Source: Bdellovibrionales bacterium | GTDB lineage: Bacteria; Bdellovibrionota; Bdellovibrionia; Bdellovibrionales; UBA1609 | Assembly: GCA_020630675.1 (NCBI GenBank) | Contig: JAHDIR010000001.1 | Coordinates: forward strand, 153,015 to 217,014 | Length of the DNA stretch: 64,000 nucleotides | Direction: 5' to 3' | Shown: positions 27,666-35,876 of the stretch, one piece after another | Position numbering within the stretch: the stretch's first letter is position 1 | How the letters are laid out: the number at the start of each line of letters is the position of its first letter | Position numbers and translations under genes: made by a program | The notes under the pieces: model-generated | The model's database searches: none | What the model saw: the letters and a program-made list of their open reading frames with translations, nothing else | Told to the model about the DNA's origin: nothing

Positions 27666-28871
27666 TTAATGACCTCTAGTTGTTGAGTAAGGGCTATCGC
27701 TGCAAGACTGTGAAGGAAAAACTTTATATTTACCAACATTTACAACAGAGTCTTTCCAGGCCGAAGTTCCATTCTTACAAACCATAGTTCTTAATTTCGG
27801 GTAAGAGATTTCTACTTGGTTTCCGCCAACGCAAGACTTTTTAACAACTTTTCGACCCACACGCACTTCCCATTCATCGTTGTGAGCATAAGCCCCACAT
27901 CGTTTCATTTCGGCAATACAAGTGTTGGACGAGTGAAGAACTATATCAGTTGTGTAAGGTTGGCCTACGCTAAGTACTTTTCCATTATTACAACTATACT
28001 TTTGCTTTACTTGTAAGGTTTGGCTTTTGTGACCAGTATGACCTTTCGGACAAGACAGTGTTTTAACAAGTGTGTCGCATCCCTCTGACCAATGGTGACC
28101 ATGAGCTACAACATTTCCATTAATATGACAGTCTTTTGGTATTTGTTTACAATGATTTTCTTTTGCAATTAGATCACCTTTTTTAACGGTATTGAGAGCT
28201 TCACTGACTGAAAATAAACACTGATGTAATTGAACCTGTTCATAAGTTTTTACAATTTTACCTTTAAAGCCTGTAGGGCAGGAATAGTCTTCTTTTTGAA
28301 CAGACTTTAAAGTTTTCCACCATTTTGTAGTGTGTGGATATCTTGAACAGTTACTTTGAACACCGTGGGTGACAGCCACCTCTTTAGTGATTTGCTCACA
28401 GATAGAAAAAGCACCTTTCCATATTTTTTCTTCGCTGGACTTGTCCGGGCATAAATGTTGTTCTTGATGAAGTCTGTCAGTTTTAACTTGAACATAAATA
28501 TCTTTTGTTGAAATTTCTTTCGATTTATTTAAATCAGCTTGGCAGTTTTTAAACAAACTATATAATGAGTCACCTTCATACTTGTAGCTATAAGTTTTAT
28601 TGTTTAAGCTCTTGATTCTTCCTTTTGCCATGTAGTTGTTGGGAAGCTCAAGGGGAGGGTTTGTTCGAGGAGCTTCTGGCAAATGAGCCCCAGGCCTGTG
28701 GGGTTCTTGTGTATGAAGTATCATTTTTTTATTGCTACTGTTTATAATTTCTGTTTTGGTCATCAATTTATTTGCTGCCTGTGGGGAAACTATTTTAACC
28801 TCTTGTGTATGTCCGTTTGAGACTAATAAAAAAGAGGTGAATGTGTATACGGAAAGTAATAGTTTATTCAT
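27666..28871 (-). CDS. Secreted cysteine-rich protein of unknown function
   Basis: Signal peptide MNKLLLSVYTFTSFLLVSNG. 16 Cys in the mature part. Internal repeat SCPxGxxG-x11-C occurs twice with identical 19-residue Cys spacing. Start 28871 (AAAGGA RBS) preferred over 28895. No family recognised. Confidence 0.6.
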   Translation of the reverse strand: MNKLLLSVYTFTSFLLVSNGHTQEVKIVSPQAANKLMTKTEIINSSNKKMILHTQEPHRPGAHLPEAPRTNPPLELPNNYMAKGRIKSLNNKTYSYKYEGDSLYSLFKNCQADLNKSKEISTKDIYVQVKTDRLHQEQHLCPDKSSEEKIWKGAFSICEQITKEVAVTHGVQSNCSRYPHTTKWWKTLKSVQKEDYSCPTGFKGKIVKTYEQVQLHQCLFSVSEALNTVKKGDLIAKENHCKQIPKDCHINGNVVAHGHHWSEGCDTLVKTLSCPKGHTGHKSQTLQVKQKYSCNNGKVLSVGQPYTTDIVLHSSNTCIAEMKRCGAYAHNDEWEVRVGRKVVKKSCVGGNQVEISYPKLRTMVCKNGTSAWKDSVVNVGKYKVFPSQSCSDSPYSTTRGH

Positions 28872-28972
28872 TTTTGATCCTTTACCTTTTTTCATGATTG
28901 TAAATTAATTAAGCATGCAAATGAGGCTTATAACTCAATTAAATCTTGTTATTTTCTTTTCACAGGTTAAGA

Positions 28973-28988
28973 TGCAGGTGCTGTGCCA
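28973..28988 (-). promoter_or_regulatory. Sigma-54 (-24/-12) promoter candidate upstream of the Cys-rich protein gene
   Basis: The reverse complement reads TGGCACagcacCTGCA, against the consensus TGGCAC-N5-TTGCA (one mismatch, correct spacing). About 80-110 nt upstream of the candidate start codons. Confidence 0.5.
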
Positions 28989-29503
28989 AAAAAAGGATTG
29001 AATCTTGTGAGGTTTAAAGGTTTATCTTATTTAAGAGGAATAGCTGCCTTCTTAGTCGTTTATGCTCATTTAGTCGTTGTTGCCATTAAAGATTCAAAAG
29101 GCATAACTTATTTTATGGGTGAAAAGTTTCCAATACCAGTTTTTCCAAGACTACTAAGCCAAGAGTCTATGTGGGTTATGAAACTGGAGTACCTTTTATT
29201 GAATCTTCACCTAACATCAGGAGAACTAGGAGTTTTTATATTGTTTTAGCCATTGAACCACTTATTAAAAAAGAGTTCAAAATTCTGAAGTTTTTTGGAG
29301 ATATCAGCTATCCCTTATACTTGCTTCATATGATCATTGGCTGGTCTCTAATTAACTACTTTAGTTCATTGGGTTGGGCATTTGAAATCGTTCTATTTGC
29401 CACACTATCTGTAATTATTGGCTTGAGTTATTTAGTTCATCGCTATGTTGAGGGCCCAGGGAATAGCCTCGGAAAGTCACTGTATGTGAAATGGTTTCAA
29501 TAG
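28983..29503 (+). pseudogene. Acyltransferase-3 family (O-acyltransferase) remnant, internally deleted and frameshifted
   Basis: ORF 28983-29249 carries the family N-terminus (LSYLRGIAAFLVVYAHL ... GELGVFILF then stop). ORF 29171-29503, in another frame, carries only the C-terminal part (FFGDISYPLYLLHMIIG). Together they give ~170 aa, against 330-400 aa for intact members. Confidence 0.6.
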
Positions 29504-29554
29504 CTCGTAAATAGGAAGTTTAATAATTACTTTTTAATAACTAATACTGGGAAA

Positions 29555-30469
29555 TTACCCCATGACTTTCTTGTAAGCCTCCCAGGCAGTTATCGTTTTT
29601 TCAGGAAGAAAAGCTTTAATATTATCTGGAGATTCATAAAGCGACTTTACAAGGTTGAGAGTATGCTGGTAGCCTCCGAACTCTAAGATCATATCTTTAG
29701 TTAAGTCATGCTCATTTCGATCTTGTCGAACGGTAGCTTTATTGTAGACCACTTTATGCCCAAGGGCCTCAACATAATAGGAGGCCCAAATATCATCCAT
29801 TCTTCCCACAAAGGGGAATAAAAAATAGTCTTTCAAGCAGGCTCGAGACAGAAAAGTGTTTTGAGAGTTGAAGGGAGACAGTTTATTAGATGTAAAGGGG
29901 AAGTCTTTGTCTTGAAAAGAACATTCCGGAGCATGTTCCATTCTGCAAACAGCATCAACATCAGGGTCTCCATTCCAAAAGTCGGCTTGAATGGCGATAG
30001 GCCCCAGATCTTCAACGGAAGAGTTAGAGTAGTCTCGTTTGTTAAGAAGCTGTAGTGGAAAGCCTCTATGCCAGAGGTGGCTGTAGCTAGTGGCCCCGAT
30101 AGGGTCAAAGGCCACATCATTTACTTTAAAAGTTTTAATTTGCTGAGTGGTGCCAATGAGTAAATTGTTCCCCCACCCTTCTAATGGAATATTGTCGTCA
30201 TCTACCGTTGCTACAACATCGGCACCTTGATGATACGCGTAAGCGTAGCCAATGTTTCTTCTTTGGACTAGGTTCCAGCCAAGGGCTTGTGAAAGCTCAG
30301 GGAACATTTTTTCTTGTTCCTCGGGGCCTATGTAAGTTCCATTTTCAAGTTCATATTTAGGTGTTTTTTTATCCCCAATAACAACAAGAGACCACCCTTC
30401 AATATTATCAAATTTTTTGACGGCTTCTGTGGGTGGATTGATTGTTGTGCAAACAATTATTTTTTTCAT
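29555..30469 (-). CDS. STELLO/DUF288-like (GT75-related) putative glycosyltransferase
   Basis: IVCTTINPPTEAVKKF..GWSLVVIGDKKTP and RRNIGYAYAYHQGADVVATVDDDNIP match my recollection of the STELLO-type domain. 304 aa. Confidence 0.5.
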   Translation of the reverse strand: MKKIIVCTTINPPTEAVKKFDNIEGWSLVVIGDKKTPKYELENGTYIGPEEQEKMFPELSQALGWNLVQRRNIGYAYAYHQGADVVATVDDDNIPLEGWGNNLLIGTTQQIKTFKVNDVAFDPIGATSYSHLWHRGFPLQLLNKRDYSNSSVEDLGPIAIQADFWNGDPDVDAVCRMEHAPECSFQDKDFPFTSNKLSPFNSQNTFLSRACLKDYFLFPFVGRMDDIWASYYVEALGHKVVYNKATVRQDRNEHDLTKDMILEFGGYQHTLNLVKSLYESPDNIKAFLPEKTITAWEAYKKVMG

Positions 30470-30499
30470 AAAAAATCCTATGAGTTATATGATGTTTTT

Positions 30500-31432
30500 T
30501 TAAAAAATATTATTTTCAAGAGCCCAGCTGTAAGTTCTCTTTAGTCCAGCGTCAAGGCCCAGTGTTGGTTGCCAGCCAAGATCTTTTATTTTTTTTATAT
30601 CAAGAAGTTTTCTAAGTGTTCCTTCTGGCATATTCGTATCAAAACAAATATCACCTTCGTAGCCGACGGCAGTTTTAATTTTTTCAGCCAGCAGAGATAT
30701 GGGTATATCTTCTCCGCTTCCTATATTTATAGTTTCAGAGGAAGAGTAGTTTTCAAGGAGGTTTACAATGGCAGTACCAACATCATCAATATAAAGAAAT
30801 TCCCTCTTGGCATTTCCCGTTCCCCAAACATGCACTTGCGGCAAATTTTTAACTTTTGCATCGTGAAACTTTCTCATTAACCCGGGAACAACATGGGAAT
30901 TTTCAGGGTGAAAATTATCACCTGGCCCATAAAGGTTACAAGGCATTGCAGAAATAAAGTTTTTTTTGTATTGCTTGTTTAAGTGTTCGCAAAGTTTTAA
31001 ACCTGCAATTTTAGCAATGGCATAACCTTCATTAGTGGGTTCCAAGGGGCTATGCAACAGAAAGTCTTCGCGAATAGGCTGAGGAGCATTTTTTGGGTAA
31101 ATGCATCCACTCCCTAGAAAGAGAAGTTTTTCGATATTTGTTTCATGGGCAGCTTGAATGACATTGGCTGATATCATTAAATTTTCATATAAAAATTCAG
31201 CCTGTTGTTTGCGGTTAGCTTCAATACCTCCAACCTTAGCAGCAGCTAAAACTACAACATTAATGTCTTCGTCTTTGAAAAATTGTTTGACTGCACTTTG
31301 ATCAATGAGGTCGAGCTCTGATCGAGTTTTTAAAATAAGGTTTAAATATCCATGTTCATTTAGAGCTTTAACGGTTGCGGAGCCGACAAGTCCTCTGTGT
31401 CCTGCAACAAAAATACGCTGGTCTTTTTTCAT
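30500..31432 (-). CDS. fcl: GDP-L-fucose synthase (GDP-4-keto-6-deoxymannose 3,5-epimerase/4-reductase)
   Basis: RIFVAGHRGLVGSA, YAIAKIAG and NLYGPGDNFHPENSHVVPGLMRKF motifs. AGGAG RBS. Confidence 0.85.
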   Translation of the reverse strand: MKKDQRIFVAGHRGLVGSATVKALNEHGYLNLILKTRSELDLIDQSAVKQFFKDEDINVVVLAAAKVGGIEANRKQQAEFLYENLMISANVIQAAHETNIEKLLFLGSGCIYPKNAPQPIREDFLLHSPLEPTNEGYAIAKIAGLKLCEHLNKQYKKNFISAMPCNLYGPGDNFHPENSHVVPGLMRKFHDAKVKNLPQVHVWGTGNAKREFLYIDDVGTAIVNLLENYSSSETINIGSGEDIPISLLAEKIKTAVGYEGDICFDTNMPEGTLRKLLDIKKIKDLGWQPTLGLDAGLKRTYSWALENNIF

Positions 31433-31695
31433 AAGATCTCCTAAACCTGGATCCTGATTTAGTCATTAATAGTTAGAGGTTTGCTAAATATGCTCCTCGG
31501 TGAGCTTCTTGTCAATTTTTTAAAATTCTTGATTTTTCAATAGCTTATCAGCCTTAATTTTGATTAAACGAGCAAGTTTGATGAGCCGAAATTATGCGGC
31601 TGCACATTAAGCTAGAGATTGTTATTTTTCAGTTGTAGCTCATCTGACCAATTGTTATTTTTTGAATCTTAAAGATTTAACCAAAAGGTGTTCCT

Positions 31696-33828
31696 ATGAG
31701 TCGAGAAATACTTATAACAGCTACATTTAGAGAGTTTGACGGTGGTGATAATGACCAAATCCAGAGGGAGTTTTTGCGTGCTCTTGAGGCTCAGTCTTAT
31801 CAGAATTTTCGTTTGATTGTTACAAATTTTAAAGAAAAAAATACCCTTGATGTTCTGAAGCAATTCAAAATTAAATTTGAGTATCACCAATCCAACTTAC
31901 CTCACTACTGTTCTTTTACTCAAGTGGTTGAGAATGGGATTTCTCACATAAAGCCTCAAAGTCATATCTTACTGTGGACCAACGCAGATATGGTTATGCC
32001 GACTAATTTTTTACAAACTGTAATAGATGAGTTTAAGGACGGTTATTCGGGTACATGCTTTCCACAGAAAATCTATGCAAGTTTAGATGACTTTAACTCC
32101 AACACACCTGTTTGGTCGGAAGGGAGTAAAGGTGTAAATTATCGAGAAAAAAATCACTGGAAATCTGAAGGTGTTGAGGGAATGTATAATATTGACCCCA
32201 ACCATTGGTTACCTGACATTGTTTTTATTGATGGAGATAACTTTCTTGATGAAAGAAATAAAGAGCTTTTTTTGGCACATCGATTAGATGGATCTTGGCC
32301 GGGAATTTGTCAAAATTTAATGTTTGGTTTCTTAAATAAAGAAGGCTCACCACGAGTGAATATTGTTTATAAAAGCCAAATTAAGGAAATTTTAAATAAT
32401 TATGCCAATATCAAAAACCCTAGCATTCAAGATCATATTGAAGCTAAAGTAAGGCAATTCAAAGGGACTGAAAAAGCATATGATGTCATAGATAATTTCT
32501 GTCAAGCAATGAACTACCCTGACAAATGGAGGTACACTCATCCCTTTACAAAGCTAAATCAAGTCGAAGCCTATACTGTTCTTGGTACAAATGATGAAAA
32601 AATGGCTTTTCAACTTTACCTTAAATTATGGAAGTCAAAATATGAAAAAGAGTTTAGGCAGTCTGAACTCAATCTGGCCAACAAAAGACTCGCCGATGTT
32701 GAGCCTAAATATTACGATATTTTAGGCTCAAAGTCATGGCGGTTAACAAAGCCTCTAAGGAAGTCTTTAAGGCTTGCAAAGCGCCTTGTCTCGTCAACAA
32801 AAGCTAGAAACAGTGGGGGAGATTTGAAGGCGCAGTTGGAAAGCCACCCTCCACATTTTCAAAGAATACCAGAGTCCGTTCCTAATATAAATGAAAGGCA
32901 ATATATGTGGACTGTTCAACGAACTTTAAGGTCTCCTTTGTGGAGAAATAAAATTTCATCTGAAGTGGCCAAATTAATTCGTCAAAACCACGGTGGTTTA
33001 AAATCACCTATATCCAAAGACGTTACTGAATATGTCAACTCCATGAAAGACCAGGGCTTAGCTCGTCTTCCAGATATTTTATCTCAAAATCAAATTGAGG
33101 ATATATTGAGTTATATGCGGCATAAGTCGATTTTAGATTTTTATAACGATAATCGCACCTTTAAAATAGAAAATATTCCTGAAGGCTCTATGATGGGAAG
33201 GTTGACGCCAGCGGATACGGTGAATTGTCCACATGTAATGAAAGCCTTGAATCACCCACAGGTTCTAAAAGTTGCTGAGGAGTTCTTGGGGGCTCCGCCA
33301 ACCATATCTGTATGTCTTATTATGACCTCCCTCGATAATGGTGTGCAAGCAAAAGAAATGCAGCTGTTTCATCGTGATAGTGATGATTATAAATGTTGTA
33401 AATTATTCGTTTACTTAACAGATGTTGAATCTGTTGATCATGGTCCTCATGTTTATGTTAAAAACTCTTCAAGTTTTGAACAAATTGAAAAAAAATTAAA
33501 GTTAAAGTTCGGTGAAAAATATGACCCTGAAAAAACCTGGAAATACTTTGAGATGAGGCGATTTTCTGATCAAGAAATTTTTGAAATTTTTGATTCAGAA
33601 GATATTGAATTTATTTTAGGAAACAAAGGCACAAGTTTCATGGCTGATAATTTTGGTATACACAGGGGGGTTCCAACAACGAAGGGTCACCGTATACTTT
33701 TACAGGCACAGTACTCGTTATCTCCGACGGCTTTATTTAACTACAACCCTCAAGACAAGGTAATGGGAGCTGACTCCTATCACCAGTATGTTAACCGCTT
33801 GTATTTTAAACCCAACTTACCTTTGTAA
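31696..33828 (+). CDS. Multidomain protein: GT-A-like N-terminus / coiled-coil with SWRLTKPLR motif / PhyH-type Fe(II)-2OG dioxygenase C-terminus
   Basis: 710 aa. N-terminus: ILITATFREF...AQSYQNFRLIV (GT2-like, no clear DXD). Middle: KSKYEKEFRQSELNLANKRL...SKSWRLTKPLRKSL. C-terminus: LFHRDSDDYKCCKLFVYLTDV..HGPHVYVKNS and FGIHRG (HxD...H facial-triad pattern). Confidence 0.6.
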   Translation: MSREILITATFREFDGGDNDQIQREFLRALEAQSYQNFRLIVTNFKEKNTLDVLKQFKIKFEYHQSNLPHYCSFTQVVENGISHIKPQSHILLWTNADMVMPTNFLQTVIDEFKDGYSGTCFPQKIYASLDDFNSNTPVWSEGSKGVNYREKNHWKSEGVEGMYNIDPNHWLPDIVFIDGDNFLDERNKELFLAHRLDGSWPGICQNLMFGFLNKEGSPRVNIVYKSQIKEILNNYANIKNPSIQDHIEAKVRQFKGTEKAYDVIDNFCQAMNYPDKWRYTHPFTKLNQVEAYTVLGTNDEKMAFQLYLKLWKSKYEKEFRQSELNLANKRLADVEPKYYDILGSKSWRLTKPLRKSLRLAKRLVSSTKARNSGGDLKAQLESHPPHFQRIPESVPNINERQYMWTVQRTLRSPLWRNKISSEVAKLIRQNHGGLKSPISKDVTEYVNSMKDQGLARLPDILSQNQIEDILSYMRHKSILDFYNDNRTFKIENIPEGSMMGRLTPADTVNCPHVMKALNHPQVLKVAEEFLGAPPTISVCLIMTSLDNGVQAKEMQLFHRDSDDYKCCKLFVYLTDVESVDHGPHVYVKNSSSFEQIEKKLKLKFGEKYDPEKTWKYFEMRRFSDQEIFEIFDSEDIEFILGNKGTSFMADNFGIHRGVPTTKGHRILLQAQYSLSPTALFNYNPQDKVMGADSYHQYVNRLYFKPNLPL

Positions 33829-33840
33829 GTAGCAAAAAAA

Positions 33841-34383
33841 TTACTTATTCCGGTCAATAATTTTTCTATTGATCGGGTTGGTATAGGCAATGTCACCGTA
33901 GTACTTTTTGGCTGTTCGGTTGTAGGCTAGGGCCGCTTTGGATTCACTGTCAAAGTCACCGATGTAAATTTGCTTGCCGCCATATTCAATGCGGGCTCTC
34001 CAGGTATTTTTGGCTTTAATGTAAGAAACACCTTTATATATAGAAGTTGCATTTTTAGATTTGCGCTTTGGTAGCATGATTTGTCTTTGCTTCATATCGC
34101 AAACAATGAGATTGGCTTTCCTGTAATCTAAACTGGTTTGGTAACGCCTAGGAAATACTTGTAAGCCTTTTTTTCTTGGTTTTAATAAGAATTGTCCTAG
34201 GGTCATTGTACGGTAAGAGCCTGTTTTGTTGAGTATGCTTGTGACGACTCTTGGCTTTCCGTGTTTGACACTTCGTTGAACCCTCCATGAGTGTTCTTGA
34301 ACTCGTTCTCGATCTTCTTGGTCAATTTTAACCTTAATTCCATCTTTAATTTCAATTTTACACCATGGCTTTGCTTTATTCAT
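33841..34383 (-). CDS. AP2/ERF-type DNA-binding domain protein with degenerate HNH-like N-terminal region
   Basis: The C-terminus YKGVSYIKAKNTWRARIEYGGKQIYIGDFDSESKAALAYNRTAKKYYGDIAYTNP fits the AP2 consensus (YxGV, W.A.I, G.F...E.AA.AY..A). The N-terminus DQEDRERVQEHSWRV resembles HNH-AP2 proteins, but the HNH histidines are absent. Confidence 0.65.
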   Translation of the reverse strand: MNKAKPWCKIEIKDGIKVKIDQEDRERVQEHSWRVQRSVKHGKPRVVTSILNKTGSYRTMTLGQFLLKPRKKGLQVFPRRYQTSLDYRKANLIVCDMKQRQIMLPKRKSKNATSIYKGVSYIKAKNTWRARIEYGGKQIYIGDFDSESKAALAYNRTAKKYYGDIAYTNPINRKIIDRNK

Positions 34384-34394
34384 ACTTAGTCCTT

Positions 34395-34979
34395 TTACTT
34401 AGTTTCCCAGCCCGCAACGTGACCTGTTTCAAAAAAAATATGTCTAAATTCTGTTTTGTAACCATTTGAAGTTGGAACGAGCTTTTTATAAACCCAAAGT
34501 TCGTTACCACGAAGGGATTGCCCCGCCACTCTCTTTTCTGTTGGTTTGCCCCAGCTTTCAATAACAGCATTTTGGCTCATTCCTATGGTTATATCTCTAT
34601 TGGCAATCATTTTTATTTCTTTAGAGCTAAAGGTTTTTTTCTCTTTTGGGAAAAGATACTTTTCAACCCATAAATTCCTATTAAAAACCCCTTGTTGCTG
34701 AAGAAAGCTTATTCTTTTTTGATCGGTTTTTAACAAGGGTTTGTATTTATAATATTGTTTAATTTCTTGTTGAGATTGCAAATTTGACTCTAGCCTTTTT
34801 AAACGTTGAGAGTCATTTAAGGAAACATCAGTTCCTAAACTAGGAGTTCGTGGTGTTCTTTTAAAATGAATGGGCCTTGTGGATGAATAACCACTATCGC
34901 TATGCCTTTGTAAAGCGCACGAAGTTGATATTAGCCCACAAATTAGTATAAGAAAGACAAGCTTAAACTTAATAATCAT
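34395..34979 (-). CDS. Lipoprotein with C-terminal BamE/SmpA_OmlA-like domain
   Basis: Start at ATG 34979 (AAGGAG RBS) gives the signal/lipobox MIIKFKLVFLILICGLISTSC. The C-terminus ITIGMSQNAVIESWGKPTEK...NELWVY...FFETGHV is BamE-like. Ends 12 nt before the AP2 gene start. Confidence 0.5.
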   Translation of the reverse strand: MIIKFKLVFLILICGLISTSCALQRHSDSGYSSTRPIHFKRTPRTPSLGTDVSLNDSQRLKRLESNLQSQQEIKQYYKYKPLLKTDQKRISFLQQQGVFNRNLWVEKYLFPKEKKTFSSKEIKMIANRDITIGMSQNAVIESWGKPTEKRVAGQSLRGNELWVYKKLVPTSNGYKTEFRHIFFETGHVAGWETK

Positions 34980-35156
34980 AAATAGGTCATCTCCTTTATG
35001 AAATTCATTCTTAATATTCTTATCGGAAAATAACGTGTAAGTTTGAGACATAAATTTAGGATTAAGACTAAGGTTATGCGATAGCGTCTAGACATAGGTT
35101 TATCTTGGCTTAATTTTCAATGATAGCTATAATTATTTGAATAAGACCTACGGTTT

Positions 35157-35744
35157 TTGTTCCTAGGCCAAAGTAAGTGTGAGGTTTTCTTGGAGAGGTT
35201 AAAGTACTACAAAAGTCGTTACAAAGAAAACTGGGCATCTTTCAAGAAAAAATATATGGCCATTCCTCGTCGAATTAAATTAATTATTTTATCTATTTTA
35301 GTATTAGCTATCGTAGGTGTTATTTCCTTTTTAATGAGAGATAAGCCTGAGCTTATTGAAGAGCTTGCCAGTAAAACTTTTAATTTTTCTGTAGAAAAAG
35401 AATTAAAACCATTTGCTAGTTACTTTCCGTCTGTGGGGGAAGACCATTTACTTAAAAAAATAATCGTCAACCTTAAACAGTCTGAAGATTACCCAGAGGC
35501 TATGGGTATGTTTGAAATTTTCTTAAATGTAAAATCTGCATTTATGCTACAAACAATTAAAGATAAAGAATACTTAATTCAAGATGTATTACAGCGTGAA
35601 TTAGAAAGTTTTAACTATGAAAGCCTTTCAAAGCCCCAAGCTAAAAAAATGCTAAAGGCCATTCTAAAAAATAAAGTGAATCGGGCTCTTAATAAAAGAT
35701 TGGTCAAGCGCTTGTACTTTAAAACTTACGTGATTCAAAAATAA
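35157..35744 (+). CDS. FliL-like single-pass membrane protein
   Basis: One TM (IKLIILSILVLAIVGVISF), then a pattern typical of FliL (IIVNLKQS..., EIFLNVKS, LIQDVLQRELESFNYESL, KRLYFKTYVIQ). Probable real start is ATG 35256. The maximal ORF is reported. Confidence 0.45.
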   Translation: MFLGQSKCEVFLERLKYYKSRYKENWASFKKKYMAIPRRIKLIILSILVLAIVGVISFLMRDKPELIEELASKTFNFSVEKELKPFASYFPSVGEDHLLKKIIVNLKQSEDYPEAMGMFEIFLNVKSAFMLQTIKDKEYLIQDVLQRELESFNYESLSKPQAKKMLKAILKNKVNRALNKRLVKRLYFKTYVIQK

Positions 35745-35876
35745 AAATTAATCTATCTGCACTTCATTACTTATTATTGATGTTTGTGCCCCCTGTTTTT
35801 TTAAAGATTAATGAATAAGTTTCTAAACTCAAATTTTCAATTTATACAAAATAGCCCCTCCCTCATGGGTTAAACT

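Noticed and set aside
21816-31432. The two Fcl-like genes (21816-22751 and 30500-31432) as a recent duplication or repeat.
   Set aside because: The proteins share only family-level motifs and the DNA is not visibly similar. They are divergent paralogs with probably different products.
31669-31890. 73-aa minus-strand ORF overlapping the start of the 710-aa gene. Also 34376-34570 overlapping the lipoprotein/AP2 junction, and 60706-60954 / 60767-60964 at the lepA start.
   Set aside because: They overlap better-supported genes and lack recognisable features or an RBS.
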